Positions 11,533-25,532 of a stretch of DNA of 64,000 nucleotides are shown here, piece after piece. The DNA is from Raillietiella orientalis. Taxonomy: Eukaryota. Location of the stretch: the NCBI GenBank assembly GCA_036172245.1, contig JAYWIR010000026.1, positions 372,001 to 436,000 of the forward strand, read 5' to 3'. The position numbers and the translations under genes are program-made. The notes under the pieces were generated by a model. The model searched no databases and had not been told where the DNA came from. It worked only from the letters and a program-made list of their open reading frames with translations. How positions within the stretch are numbered: position 1 is the stretch's first letter; every line of letters starts with the position of its first letter.

Positions 11533-14349
11533 GGGAGACTGTTATCCTCCGCAGCATAATTGTGTCCTTACGCCATTTGTAAAGACCCTCCATTACGCGA
11601 CGAAAGTACGCGAGGCGCGTTTCACGGTGGTCCGCCGGCTCGTCGCTCTTGACTCGCCTTCGCCGGCGACCCCGTTGTCGCTGGCTTTGGAGGTGTGAAA
11701 GCTGGAAGCGCGGTGGGGGGAAGGAGGGAGGGGGGATGGACCTCCTCGCCTTATGATCTTCATCCTTCTTTTCACCGTGTTCCGTTCTCGTAATTTATGT
11801 CCTCCGCCTGCGCGGCCGGCATTCATCCCTCTCCAGACGCTGCGAGCGGCCTCCGGCGGCCCGTAAACACACACGGCGTCTCGTTTGAGGAGTCCTGGGC
11901 GTCGGCGGTAAATCCATTTATACGCTAATTTGGGCGATTTGGATCGGACCCGGCTACTGGTTCGAGTGCCGATCTCGGGAGAACCTCCGCGAAACCGTGG
12001 AAACCGGCTAGCGAGGTCTCCAGGCAGCCTGCAGCTCGACCCCGGTTCCCTGCGATTTGCGGTCGCGCGCGCCGCCGGTGCGCCGACCGAGCGGAAAGCC
12101 TTCCGGCCGCTTCCGGATGGCTGCACCGTCGATGTGCGCCGTCGGACAGCCTCGCGCATCCGATCGAATCGCTTCGGGGGCGAACCCCCATCGAAAGAAA
12201 ATCCCTGCGTCCCAGCGCCGTCGCGCGGGACGGGGACCAGGAAAACCCTCTCACTGGCGTGCGCCGTGGGGAACCTCCCACCTGGGTAATCGGTGGACGG
12301 ATCGCAATCCGGGAATTAGCGGGCATCCCGTGCTGTCCAAAATGCTTCCCCGTTCGGAATCAGCAGACCTTTTCGACGAATCGAAAGACGAAATGTCCAC
12401 GAATGCGCCGGGATGCAGGAATTCATTCGCTTGTCTTTTGGCGCTCTCGAGACGGCCTGGACCGCTGGCGAACGGGAGGCGCTCAGCCCAGCAGGAGGAG
12501 GGGTGCCCTTTTCGAGAGTGACCGCTCAGCGGATCCGCTGGGCCTTCGCCTGCCTCCCGAGAAGCCGCCCGAGCGGTTCCGGAAGAGGAGGAGGGGTCCG
12601 GGGACACCTCAGCGCGCACCGCGTTCCTCGGCCACCCACACCGCGGGCGGAAGGAAGCGGTCCGAGGTGCGCGGGAAATCGTGCCGGCGACTTTCCGAGC
12701 ACATTATCGATCGCCTTTCAGCAGTCGGAAGGGTCGCTCTGGGCGGTCGAAGGGCACGCGTCACGCGGGAACAGCAGAGTCGAAGAAAAACCGCCGCGAC
12801 AAGCGCTCCCGTTCCTCTCCCTACCGCCTTGCGGAGGAACTTGGCACATCCAGGGAGCATCCTAAGCACCCGTCGAGCGCGTGCATCCGGGCCTGCCGCT
12901 CCGATGGAAACGCTGCGTTTCCATGACGAGCGCAGCGCGAACACGTCCAGTCAAGTAATGGGTCAGCCAGTCGAGAACTTCGTTCGTTGCATCATAGATG
13001 TCGACAGCGTGGGATCGAACCGAACATTTTCGGCACAACGCGGATAAAATGGCGACGGAACGACGATTTTTTCGCTTTTCTCGAAAACCCTCTTCAGCGG
13101 CACCGGTTCGCTGGAAGGACCGGTTCGCAGGATCTGCTGGTGGCGACTTGGGATCCATTCCCTTCAAGAACGACCACCACGTGGACCGTTCCGCGATTGG
13201 GGCTGGACAGGCTCCACACTCTGCTGCAGCTGTCGCCAGCCCGTTTTCCCTTCCGCTCTCCTCCCGGAAACCTTCCCGCCAAGTCTCTCTCCCGAGAGGC
13301 TTTCTGACCTCGGCATGGAAATCGACGCGCTCCGCCAATCGGTCGCTCTTAATTAGGCGAAAAATTTCAGCAGACGCGGATGGCACGGGACGAAATCCGT
13401 GACCTCTCGCCGGCGATGCGCTCTGCCGGCGTCGGCCGAAGAACCTGCGAATTCTCTTCACGGTTCCCGTCAGCAAGGGCAGGATTTCTCGCTCCTTCCC
13501 AGGAGCGGCAAGCGGCAATCGCTAAGGACGCTCCGTTAGTCCATCTTCCGGAAATTCGCCAAACCGTCACCTGCGACCCCCACCTGGCTCCTTGGGAGCC
13601 GATCAAACAACATCCAGTGGGTGCATCCCCGTCTGGAAAGCTCCCGGCGTGGCAGAAGAGGTTTCCTACTTGAGGAAGCATGTGGCCGCAGTTCCGCGCC
13701 GGCTGACGGAAGGAGCGAGGTCTCCGGTAAAAGAAGCCACGGCTTTTTATGGAGCCAAGTCGCGGCTATGGATTCCCGAAACCCTGGGCGCCCCCGAGGA
13801 GGAGATGCGACGTCGGGAATCGCCTGTCTCCTTCCGGAACCGCAAGACTCGCGCGGGCGGCCTGGGGCCAACGGGACCTCAGCAGAAGCCCTCCGCCCGG
13901 GCTTTCCGGCATGCATCACTCCCAGGGAGATGCAACTTTTCAGGCTTTGAGATTATAATTTCATTAGAGCCGCGACGAATGCGTTCCGACTTCTGGAGCC
14001 GGATGGGCCCAAGGCGGTGTCCCTTGCCCTTTCTCATCGCCAACTCCAATTACCCCATTGTTTCCCCCCATCATTCTTCTTAAAGCTTCGTTTTTCAGCA
14101 GAAAATCCGAGTAGAAAATTCGCATTTGTGATTGTCATGAGGGGGCACGAACAACAAGTGGCAGCCGTCAGAGTGCCCACGAAGCCAAATTAAATTCCAA
14201 GTCCTCTTCTGCAGTCAGAGAGAGGATGCTCACGACCTAAAGAGGGAGGTCACCTGACTTCCCTCTTTGGACTGGTTTTCAAATGTTTGCGGATCCTTTT
14301 GGGTTCTGCTGCTTTCGCTGCTTTCCTTTCAGTTTTTTTCTTTCTCCGA

Positions 14350-15000
14350 ACTCCTTTCCTTTTTGGGGGATTCTCAAGGAGTGCTGAAAAACCGTTCGCC
14401 TCCTCAGGCGGAGCTCACGACGCCCTTTAACGCTGTCCACGCCACCCGAGGGCGCGCGTGTTACTCTTCAAGTTATGGGGGCAACCTCGTAGGGACCACC
14501 CTGTGAATCCAGGAAGGCTCCAGAGGTATAAATCCGCTCCTCTTACTCTTGGGAGGGGAACCCGGAACGTCACCGTCACCCTGGTTGTGTCCAGAGAGGT
14601 CCCCCAAAGGGAACCTCGCCCTGTGCGTGTCCAGAGGGGTCCTCCGAAGGTCATTGTCACCCTGGTTGTCTCCGGGGGGAACCCTAGAATGGATGCGCCC
14701 CTCATTTCCTCCTCGGAAGAGAGCCCCGAAGGGACGCTTCCAAATTTCTCTGAAGGGCGTTCCCGGAAGGGAGCGTCGCTTACTTGCTTCTGATATTCTA
14801 AAGAACCAATTCCTCCAGGGGGGGCATTAACCAGCTCCATGGTACGAGATGGTGGGGATACGGTCCCCTCTCGGAAAAAGGCACGGATTCATTCTCTCAA
14901 CCGGAGGGAAACCCCGAAGCGAACCGGCGCCTCTTGATTCATGTAAGGATCCAGGGCGTCGACTTCCAATCCCGACCAGCTGATGGGGGCATCCGGTTTC
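14350..15000 (+). repeat. Dispersed repeat family A, copy 2
   Basis: Same blocks as copy 1, with an internally duplicated CACCCTGGTTGT; distal part CTTGATTC.TG.AAGGA.CC.G.G.GTCGACT aligns with ~40220-40250. Confidence 0.75.
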
Positions 15001-18000
15001 TATCAGTGCCACGCCCGAGGCAAGGCCATCCTGAGGGGGTGGGACTCGTAACCGACGACGAGCCCACTACTAGGCGCCGATCCTCCGCCTCGGAATTCGA
15101 ATCTGGAACGAAGCGCGAAGATCTCAGCCACTCAGACGCCCGGCGCGCAGGGACCGTTCTGCTCCATCTTCAGGTGGACTTCGTCTTCACTTTGATTTTA
15201 GAGCCCCATTTTCTTTGTACATGTCCCTGAGTTCGAGCGTGATGGTCAGCTGTGTTCGCGCTCAGCTGCTGCGGAATCGCTGAAGAGCAAAATGCTACAC
15301 GGATCCTTTCTGCGGGTGGACAGGACGGAGGAGAGTCCGCAGCGACCCTGCTCTGAGAATGCAATAAAAGGGTTGGGTGCGGAGGCGAATCAAACCGGCG
15401 TGTTCAGCTGGTTCCCTCGGGATGGCTGGCTCCCGACCAAGAGGAAAGAAAAGGGGTTACAGCGTCAAAGCAAGTGACCGAGAGGTTTCAAGCTATCCTA
15501 AGCCTCGAGCTGAACCACGACCATCCATGAGCTCCCTCAAAGGTCCCTTTCCGGCAGGAAGAATCGGCGCTTTCGAGTGAGCCGAACAGGGTCTTACTAG
15601 ATTCTCGGAAAGGTGTCGGTTGCTATGGACCGTGGAAGTCGGAAGCCGCTAAGGAGTGTGCAGCGCCTCATCCGCCGATGCGACGAGCACCAACAGCCGC
15701 CGGGACAGGGTCGTCCCTGCCTCCCAGCGTTCCGTCTCCGGAACACCCCAGGTTCCTCAGGTCAGTGGAGCCGATCTCTCTGTGGTCGGCACAGATCTTG
15801 GTGGTAGCGGTAGACACTGTGGCGACGTACGATGTGGAGGTGGGGTCCACGCTAACGGCATCCCGGAGCGGCTTAGTCGATCCCAATCCCTTATTCCCAC
15901 CTGCACTGGCTGCGCGCGTGCAGCACTGTACCACGGAGAAACAGAGTTCGTGTTTCCATAGCACCCGCACATTCCACCACGGCGATTCGTCTTATGAATT
16001 CTACTTGTTACACTTTTCCCGCAAATGATTGACTTTTCTCTATTTAATAACGCTGTTTTCTTCTTTTGCTTTTTTTTTCTTCGTAATTTGAAGACTCTCC
16101 ACATGACTGATTGCATTTTCTTCAAGATTACAAGAAGCCTGTAAACGTAAAGATGATTTGTTGCTACCTGAATGAACTCACCTGACCACTTGCCATCCGG
16201 TCTCTCTCTTAACGCCTGTCCACCTGCGAAGGCAGCGGGAAGTCCTCGTGGCTTATACCGTTTCTGTGATGCTCCCGTCCGAAGCCTTTTCGTCACTGGA
16301 CGGAGGAGATTCCCAGCTATCCCGTTTCGGGAAGCGCATCCCTCCGCGTGCCCTTCCTCTCCTCCACGGCCGAAGGAGCTTCGGGCATCCGCAGTTTCCA
16401 ATCACTCATTCTCCATGCGTTGTTTCATTGCGCCCCGCGTGCCCGCCGGCGGACGACCTGGCTGCCCCGGAAAAACGCGCGCGCGGCGGACCGGTCCTGC
16501 AAACGGCCCTTCTTCTCTTCCTCGAGGGCGCAGCTTCCACCGTCTCGTCCTTCCTTTCGGGGATTACCTCGCATGCCTGTGCGTTCGAATCCCGCTGGAT
16601 GCACGTGGGAGCACTTGGAAGAATCGGTCGGTCACGCAGGTCGCCTTTGAACGGTCGACCAAGTCCGTTCGCTTTCCACGCAACTCATTTCTTTCTTCTG
16701 CACCGTTCGCCCTGCGGCGTGTCACGCACTCGATGGGATTCACGGAACTGATCTTTTTCTTCCCATCATTGGTTTCGAGTGCCAAATTGGGGGTGAGCAG
16801 CGAAAAGAAAGGCTTCTGAGGGCGAACGGAGACGTGCGCAGGCGTGGACCTCGGGTGACCTACCTGGCCGTGAGCTCGCATCGAAACCTTTTTCCTCGGC
16901 CAGCAGAAATGCCGGGAGGCGTTGGCTTTTCCAGTTGACCCGCGCGCTCCGCACGTCCCCTCCGAAGAGTCCGCGCGGGTCAAACCTAGAAAACGTTCGG
17001 GGCGCTGAAAGAAAGGCGACTTCAGCCATTCCACGAGCATCGCGCCTATCCCCGAGGGATGGTCCGAATGCATCTTGAACGAATCCTCCAGGGAAATGGA
17101 AAGTGGATTGCAGCCTCGCTTTTCGGTGGATCTGAAGCTCCTGAAAGAAGTTTATTGCTCCTTCGAGACATGAAGAGCTTTTCACGAGTTTGTCTTCGCT
17201 CCAGGAGCGTGCATTCTTGATTTTTAGATGAAATTACCGTAGTTGCCGAGAAATCTTCGTGAAAACGCCGGGAACCACAGCACGACGGGGGGGGACATCA
17301 GGAAGACGCGATTGCTGCATAAAGATACCATCCGAGCAGAGAAACTCCTGCGCGAACCAATCAAAATTCGAGGACTTTTTCCAGCCAGCAGACACCAAGT
17401 GCGCCGAGTGCAGAGCTGGACTTCGCGGAGGCTCCCTTCTGAAAATGGCGCTCCGTCCGCTTCCGGGCAGGAAGAAGGGAGAATTTCCATCCCAGAAGCA
17501 TCAGAGTCCGGACGTCGAAGAGCAACGCAGGTGCCCTTTCTGCCTTCGAGGGAAGTCGCCTTGCGGAGGGCCTTTTGTTGTTGCTGCTGCTGTTTCTGGA
17601 GGGCGGCGGGAATACGCAAAAGCAGAGTGGTAGAAGTGGTCCGAGTGGTCGCTTCGCGTCTCCCCTGCGCTCGCGCTGATGGTGGCATCGCGCGGTAGAA
17701 AGGGCAGAGCACCAGAGGCCCTTCGGCAGCGGAGAGGAGGCCGCGGGTCCGATCCGAGGTGCGCTCCCCCGTGAAGGCAGACGCGGACTTCCCTGCCTGT
17801 CTCCCAGATGACCCTCAGGCAGCACCCCAGCCACACCCACCCATGACGCCGGCGGCTGCTGCCCGTCCACCGCGGGCGACCGCGACCCTGCGGATGGTTC
17901 GGTGCGGCTCTGGCGTGGCCCCCTGCAGTCTCAGCTCTTGCGCTGCCCACCCCGGATGCCCCCTTTGGCACGGTCAAGGGACCTGCCGGCTGTAGGTGCA

Positions 18001-18074
18001 CTGGAAGGACGCACGTGCCCCCGCGTCCGCCGCCCACGAAAACCCCGAACGACCTTGAAAACAAGAGCATGCGT

Positions 18075-19535
18075 TTATTACATACGTTCATGTGTAACGT
18101 TCACGTGTCGATTAATGTACAAGTCATTGAAAATTACAAGGGCCATAAAAAATTTATGTACATTAATACAGACACATTTATATATAGATCAATGCACAAG
18201 TTTATTTTTTAACATGCACATTTATTAACACGCATATTATGAACATAATTTATGAAATACTTATTATATACTTTTGTATTATAGATTCACATATAGGTAA
18301 ATATATATTATAAAGACCGTGAAAAATTAATACATACGTCTACCATATATATGTGCATACTTTTATATAAATTGACACGTACATTAATATGCAGATGAAT
18401 ATATATTCTAAATATTACAAAATTATGCATATTGATACATATGTATATTTATATGCAAATATGTTTTCCCATGCATATCGATTGATAGAATTAATAATAA
18501 GTATTAATATGAATTATTGATACATATATTGAGTATTACAAAAATAAATACATTTCCATTCTAATATGGGAATACTTCTATATAAAATGAATATAAATGA
18601 AATATGGAATTACATTATATGAAATATGAATTCTATTTATTTTATTTGTATTAATATGAATTGCACATATATTTATCAGCCGATTCGCCGTTTCCCGGGA
18701 AGGTTTCCTCTGCTGATTGTTGCCAATGACAGGAAAACGAAATGCCAAATTACTTTTTTTCTTCCTCTCTTTTTTTTTCGTTTCGATCTTTTTATTTGTT
18801 TGTTTTTTATTTTTTTCCATATCTATAATTGTCACCTTTATTTTTATTTCATGCATTCATTTAACATGCAGTTATTATATACATTAGTATATATATTCAT
18901 GTGCGTAAAAAACATGTGCGTTTGTTTTTATAGCCTCCATCGGAAATATTAATACGTATTGTTAATTAAAATAAATCCGCGCATGAATCGATGTGTTCAT
19001 TTATATATCGATATACATATTGGTATATAGGATAAAATATGTTTTTATGATCTTTGCAATCTGCGTATTAATCTATATGCAATTATAAGTGCTTAACATA
19101 TTATTAATTATATTAATACCTATAATGGCTATATATGTATATGTATATTATTCTTAATGATAAAAATTTATCGATATATTAATTTTTATATCAATATGCA
19201 TATCAATGTATAGAATAAACATATCTATTTATTTTTTTATAACTTTTAAAATATATTTTTTCTATACATCAATCTATATACAAACATATGTAATAAGCAT
19301 ATTCTAAGTTATATTAACAATATTTATGTTAATAAATATTAATAATTATGTGTATTAAAATAAATCTGTACATTAATCTCTCTCTCTATGTGCTTATTGA
19401 TATACATTACAAGTGTATATACATTGATTATTTATAATCTTTATAGCACATAATATGCATACATTAATCTATATGTAAACTTGCGTATTAATATTCATAA
19501 TGAGGTCGTGCATTTATTTTGATTTTGATTTTGAC
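18075..19535. repeat. Second AT-rich island of the same type
   Basis: Same composition and similar motifs (TACATTAATCT.T, ATGCATATTGATA) with sharp GC-rich borders. Confidence 0.8.
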
Positions 19536-22094
19536 TTTGGGCGTTCCGGGGTTCGAACCCACCACGCTGCTTTCGGCGGAAGAGGAATTCACGGCGGGCG
19601 CATGCGGAGTTTCCTGGGAAGCACCGGAGGCGGAAAGTCGATTGGGGAGTTGCATGCAACAAGTTGTCCGTATGCAGGAGGGGCGAGGAGTCAGCGGGTG
19701 CACCGATGCCTTCGGGCCAGCCCAAAGGAGGGGAACGCTGCAAGCTCTTGCATTTTGAGGGCTGCTGTCCAGCAAGAGGGGGGGCAACTCGCACGACTTT
19801 AAATGTGAGCTCATTGCTCAGAACAGCCCCTCATTGTGAGCGTGAGGCGAGGGCACACGCTCAGCGAACAGCACGTTCAGCGCTTCCGGAGAACACGGAC
19901 ACACCTGCAGGGGTCGGCCCGAGGCAGCCTGCCAGCTCCAGCGTCCGGAGGATGCTCCCGGAGGAAGAGGGCGTGGCCGCCTCACCCACAGCTTCCGGTG
20001 AGCCTTGGAGCGCTCCCGCCGACCCCCGGAAAGCACGACAAGGAGGAAGCCCCAAGAGTTTTGCAGGGGTTCGCGAATGGGCAGAGTTCTGAGCGGGGCT
20101 GCCCCTCCACCTGAAGTGGCGCCGCCCGAAAACCATCGTTTCATTTCCCTCGACAGCCGCTGCGCGAGCGCGCGGCAGCACCGTCAGAGCGAGCTCGCTC
20201 GGAGCGCCGAGGTCACGAGATCGGGATTTCGCCCTCGAGGTTCTGCTTCAGGTCGTTGACCCGGGTCAGTAACCGACTCGCAGCAGCGAAAACATTTGTT
20301 CCCGCAAGCGCGACTCCAGTGACCACTATTCCACGCGCCAAAAATGCGCCCCGACTTCCGCAGGTGGATTCCTGGGTTTTCCACGACGACCTGCGGATGT
20401 TGGTTTCTCTCGAGGTCCACGCTGACGTCATCGCGAAGTGCGCACAGGAGGTATATATCGAACTTGCTGTGTGGATTCTGGGGGAAAAAGAAAGAAAAAA
20501 AACGGCCGGTGTGGGTCGGCTTGCTAGCGGGCAGTGCACTACCTAGCCTGAAGCAAGCGGTCTCGTCTGAGGGAGGAGATGTACGTGGATTCTGTCCCAG
20601 CTGATCCCCACTCTGTCGCTGTTGGACCAAGAGCAGTGACAAGCCCAGACGACGCGGCACGTCCAATCTGCGTTTCGGGATGACGTTGCAAATTTCGTCC
20701 GCTTCGTCGCCTCGAGGTATCCGAAATGATGATGAGGGATGGGGGGTAAAGCAAATCTCGCGCTTTCTGGGGGGACCTTAGGCACGCGCTGAGGTAGGAG
20801 GGACTGACGCGTGTGGAGACCGTGCGACGTGCACGCGGAAGATCATTGCCGACGGGTTGGGTTTCGAGCCGCTGACGTGGGTCTCGAGAGATTCCTCAGC
20901 TGATCCAGCGGTGCTTTGGGGGGAGCGCTGGGTGGGGATGCGGCGAAGGTGGGCCACGCGTCCGTTATCCGTTCGTTTCCGCTGCTTGCTGCGAAGGTGT
21001 CGTGGGCGGGAAAGGCTTAGGCGTGGAGGCATGCAGAGGGACGAAAGGGAGACTCACTGACTCTTCGCAGGAGATCGGACGTAAATTTTCTCCAGACACG
21101 CAACATGACATTTCGCTGATCGACTTACAAATGAGGAAGTCGTTAATCATGAATCCATGACCTGATTTATCACTGACGCCGACTCGTGCTGGGTTCCCCC
21201 CCCCCCTTTTTTTCGTTTCCGGTTTGTCCTCTCGAGTATGCTGAAGTCAACAACCAGGCCACATAGAAAGAAGCAGCAGACGGTCCTTCGACAGTGACAG
21301 CTAAAAGCTGCGGACTATCTATCTATTTGGGATATTCGTCAGGGCATTCGTCTTGACCTGTCAACTGCTATGGTAAGCGACCAACTTTGACTCTTCGTGC
21401 TAAGAATCATCAACAGCAAAGGCAGCAACCATTATCCGATATCGACTGTCCTTCTATTCCTTGTGAGGACAAACAAGCTGCTGCTCGAAAAATCCCCCCT
21501 CTCCCTTCACACGAACGCCAACAGGCGAGAAAGCAAATCTGCTCTTCGTCCGTTTTGCATGACTCGCGGTCAAATGACAACACGGGGAAGCCTTTTGTGG
21601 AGGTGGAAGCGATCCCCGTCTAATCCCGTCCCTTCTACGGCCGCTCCTTCCTTCGCTCCCTAAAAGTTCTTGACCTTTGGAAATCCCAAGAGGTCCGGTA
21701 GGCAGTCACTTCCCAGCAGCACCAGGGAAAACAACTGTCCCATGAGGTTCACGAAACGTCACATGTGGCTCGGGTGAAGGCTTTTCCGAAGAAAGTCGTC
21801 CCATCTGAGGACGGTTGGACCTCGCCGGTTGTGGCGACCGTATCCGCCTCTCCGTGGGGATCCGGAAGGTAGTCAATTGGCTCTTGACTGCTTCTTTCGC
21901 CGTTCAGCCTGCTGCAGTTCCCAGGAAGAAGAGATTCCTTCGCAGCCAACCGCACGTGGAAGAAATGCCGCTCGCAAGGGGCCACTAGTGGTTCACGTTG
22001 GCGGCCCACTACGCTTCCAGTTTCGCCGTCGTTGCTAAGGGTGAACGAGTTTACCCGTAGTTGAAGTGAGTGCTCTGCGGCGGACCATTGCACT

Positions 22095-22510
22095 GCCGGG
22101 ATTCGAACCCGAGTTTTCTGGCTCTCCTTCCAATGGCGGAGGGGGGTTCCACGCCACTGGTCCACTTCTGCATGCCCAAACCTCGAAGCTGCGAGACTTA
22201 AGCACTGTCGAGACGAACTCATTGCTTCTCGCTCTCGGCTGCACCGTTGGCCGATTCGAGTCTGCGCCCTTCCTCTGTTCAACAATCGGCCGGGCCTACT
22301 CGCTCGCGATTCGGCTCCGCGCGCATTGTTGAGGCGAGAGCGCATCGCCTCTCGCACGCGACTGCACCGCCGCCGGGGCGCTGGGACACGCGCTCTTCCG
22401 TCATTCAACAATCGGCCGGGCCTACTCGCTCGCGATTCGGCTCCGCGCGCGGTTCCAGCATTGTTGGGCTACGAGGACTCCGCCCGCGGGGATTCCACCC
22501 GCAGCCTTCC
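22095..22510 (-). mobile_element. tRNA-derived SINE-like remnant with internal 47-bp exact duplication
   Basis: Minus strand has A-box-like TGGACCAGTGG and B-box GGTTCGAATCCC; 22098-22240 is collinear with 27019-27160; exact direct repeat 22278-22324 = 22404-22450. Confidence 0.55.
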
Positions 22511-23499
22511 GCCCGGCTCGAGGGGTTTGCACAGTCGGCCGGGCCAACTTCCACGAGCCTTTCCCTCTCGCGCGGCTGCGACGTCGGCATTCGAACCCGA
22601 GTCGTTTCGCCCCACCGTCCGAAGGAAAGGGGAGGAGCTGGGAAGTGCTTGCAAGCACGGTTCGCCTCAACAGCCCTGAAGGCGCAGGTGACCTCTGCGT
22701 CATGCTGGAAAACGAACCTCCAGCTTCTCTCTAATGAGTGCAGACACGTCGCCTCCGGCACTGAGACATCCTTCGTGGTGGCTGCGAAGATCAAATGCAA
22801 ACGTTAAATAACTCGGGGATGCTCCTTGCGGTATGCCTCCTCCTCCCGTGTTTCACTCCCGACCCTTTCTTCGTCTCTTCGTCTCCCAGTCGAATTCCAG
22901 CTGCACGCATATTGCTACAGAATCGCTTTTCGCCAACTTCTCTCCCTCTCTCTGCGGAGAGAGAGGGAGATTTTCCAGACCTGTTGTTGCTCATTCGTTT
23001 TCCCATCCGCATTCACCTTAAATGACAGAGCTCCTCCGCCATTTCTCCAAGTCAGCCGTGTCTCTCCTCGACGGCGATTTACTGTTTTCGTTCGTTCGAG
23101 AGGAGTACGTGGAAAATCTGCATTTCGCAAGACGACCGGGGGGATTGTCCTCGATACCGAGGCACAATGGGAAAATGCCCCCCCCCTCCCCCCGAGCCAG
23201 CCTTGAAGGCCTCGCTTCTTGTTATCCCGCAACCCGCTGCCGATTCATCGAACGTTGATGGATAACCGAAGAGCGGCGACGAAGGAAACTTCGAGGCGGC
23301 AGCTCTGTACCGAAGGCGCTCACCACCATTCCGCGTTCCCTCGGAAAGTCTGCCCTGCGCGCGGTTCGGGCGCATTCCGCAGTGGCAGACCCGCATTTTA
23401 CAATATCCAAACGCCACTCGGACTCCTTCTCCATTTGGGTTGCATCACTTCTTGTATCCTTCGTGTCATAATCCATCGAAATCTTTCTGAAGCTGTTTT

Positions 23500-23772
23500 C
23501 TTTTGGATATTCCTGCTTTGGATGTTTCTCTAAGATATTCTTCTGGATCTTCCTTTTGAATGTTCTTTAAGATGTTCTCTTGGACGTCGCCTTCGGATGT
23601 TTCTCTTAGGTGTTCTCTTGGATATTCCTTTTAAATGTTTCTCTTAGACGTTTCCTTTGATGCTCCTTTTGAATGTTGCTTTCAGATGCTTCTCCTGGAT
23701 GTTCCCTTTGGATGTTTCTCTTGAATGTTTGCTTTCGGTGTTTCCTTTCGATGTTGTCTTTGGATGCTTCGG
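23500..23772. repeat. Degenerate 12-13-bp minisatellite (approx. GGATGTTYCTYTT)n
   Basis: About 20 imperfect tandem units visible by eye. Confidence 0.8.
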
Positions 23773-25532
23773 TTGGGTGTTTGCTTGCGTCTTTCGTTGG
23801 GGTGATTCGCAGCAAACCGTGCGGTACGGCGCCTTCGCAACGAGAGCTCAAGAAGTCGGCCTTTCTCTGGTAGCAAAAAATGCTGAATTTTGGCGTGGAG
23901 GTTTCCTGGCAACGGAAGGAATGAGGTGCGGCGCATAGGCGCACGTGGGACGTGCAGGTAGGGAACGAGGAAACTGAGGAAGGTGCGTGCGTCCTGGGTC
24001 ATTGCGAGGCGGTGCGTTCATTGACAGAAAGCACGCGGCACGCACGCACACGGCTTCCCCCTTGCAAGACGTCCCTCCCCGCTTGGGAGCGTTTCCTTCG
24101 AGGGAAGCGCCTCCTCAAAGTCCCGTCGGTTCCTCGCCTTTCCTACTCCCTGAATTCCGCACGCCTGTTCGCGGGAAATTACAGGAGCTCCCTGCACGAC
24201 GTCTCTTTGCGGTTCCTCGACGGCTGCAGCTTTACGTCTCTCCAGCGTCCCCTCGTTGCTAAGCCCGCGATGGCACTGCCGGAGACCCATTCCTTCTTCT
24301 TCCTGACACTGCTGGCCTCAGTGGGATTTGGAAATCCTACAGAATGAGGACGGAACTCTGTCGGAAAAGAAGTCCTCTAAATGTAGCTGCTCTAAGAGAA
24401 GAACGGTTTCCTTATAGCGCTGCTGTTTCCAAGTTGCTGACCCTGGGATACAGGGAGAAGACGACAGAAGTAGTTGGTCGGTTGTCTTGCTGCTTCCCGT
24501 TTGGTGGACGCATTCTGGCGGTCCCGGGGTCGTTCGGCAGAAACGAGCTCTTCCCTGCGTTCCTCCTTGTGTGACGGGGTCATCTCTCCTGACTGGCCCC
24601 AGTGTCTGCTCTTCCACCACCCTGTGTCTCGGCTTCCCTGCTCGCTTTCCCGTGCCGGGCGGGTGTGGACTCTGAAGGGAACTTGCCCCCCCCCCCCCTC
24701 ATCCCACGACACGTCCTACGACTTACGATCTCTCTCTTCGCGGGCCCAATCACGGCTGGGCAGCTCTTAAGCTGCCCCTTGGATGCAGGGATGTCATATT
24801 TTCACGGAGTTTGCAGGGACGTCCCGGCCCTGGATTCGGATCCTGGTCAGCCTCTCCTCCAGACTACTGCCGCGGGCGAAGTGCCGTCTGCGCTCAGCGA
24901 CGGTCGAAGTCGTTCTTCATGGGAGCCTTTCCTCCGTGGTCCATGGGATACGTGCGAAGAAGAACAACAGCATGGACAGCCTTCGCGACTATACTTTCCT
25001 GAGTGACGCTCCTGGACTTGCTGTTCTCGAGGATTCCAGGGTTTGAAGGGGTCCGGCGAGACAGGGCTGCCATTCCCCTCCCTTGTCCTTGGATGTTTGG
25101 CCTGCTATCGGATCGGCCTCCCCAGGTTACTGCTGAAAACGGGGGGGTCTTTCTAAAATGATGGATGTGAGGAAGAGAGCATGGAGAAGAAGAGGATGCG
25201 GAGGCCTGGCTATGGCTCGACGTCCAGACGATTCGAGTGGTGTCGTGGTGTTCTCACGGCAACGACCGCCTCCGACGAACAGCGAATGGGTGAGGTTTGC
25301 AGCCTCCTGTGTCCGGTAAAACTGCTTTCGTGCGAGTGGGGGGTGGTGCGCTGCTCGTGAGGCGCCGCTGCTGTGTTTAGCGAACGGAGCGAGCGGTGAG
25401 GACGACGGCGACACGCCTGCGCGACCGCAAGCTCGCGCCGTCTCCGTGGTGACGCGCCACGAGCGGCTCCCCTCGCCCTCCTTCCTCGGCCACCACGCTC
25501 TGGCGACAGACAGGGGGAGGAGGACGAGGAGC

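Noticed and set aside
22095..22172. Functional tRNA gene
   Set aside because: A and B boxes are present but I cannot fold a convincing cloverleaf; better explained as a SINE head.
22278..22450. CRISPR-like repeat-spacer-repeat (also 58764-58843)
   Set aside because: Only two units, eukaryotic context, no cas genes; simple local duplications.
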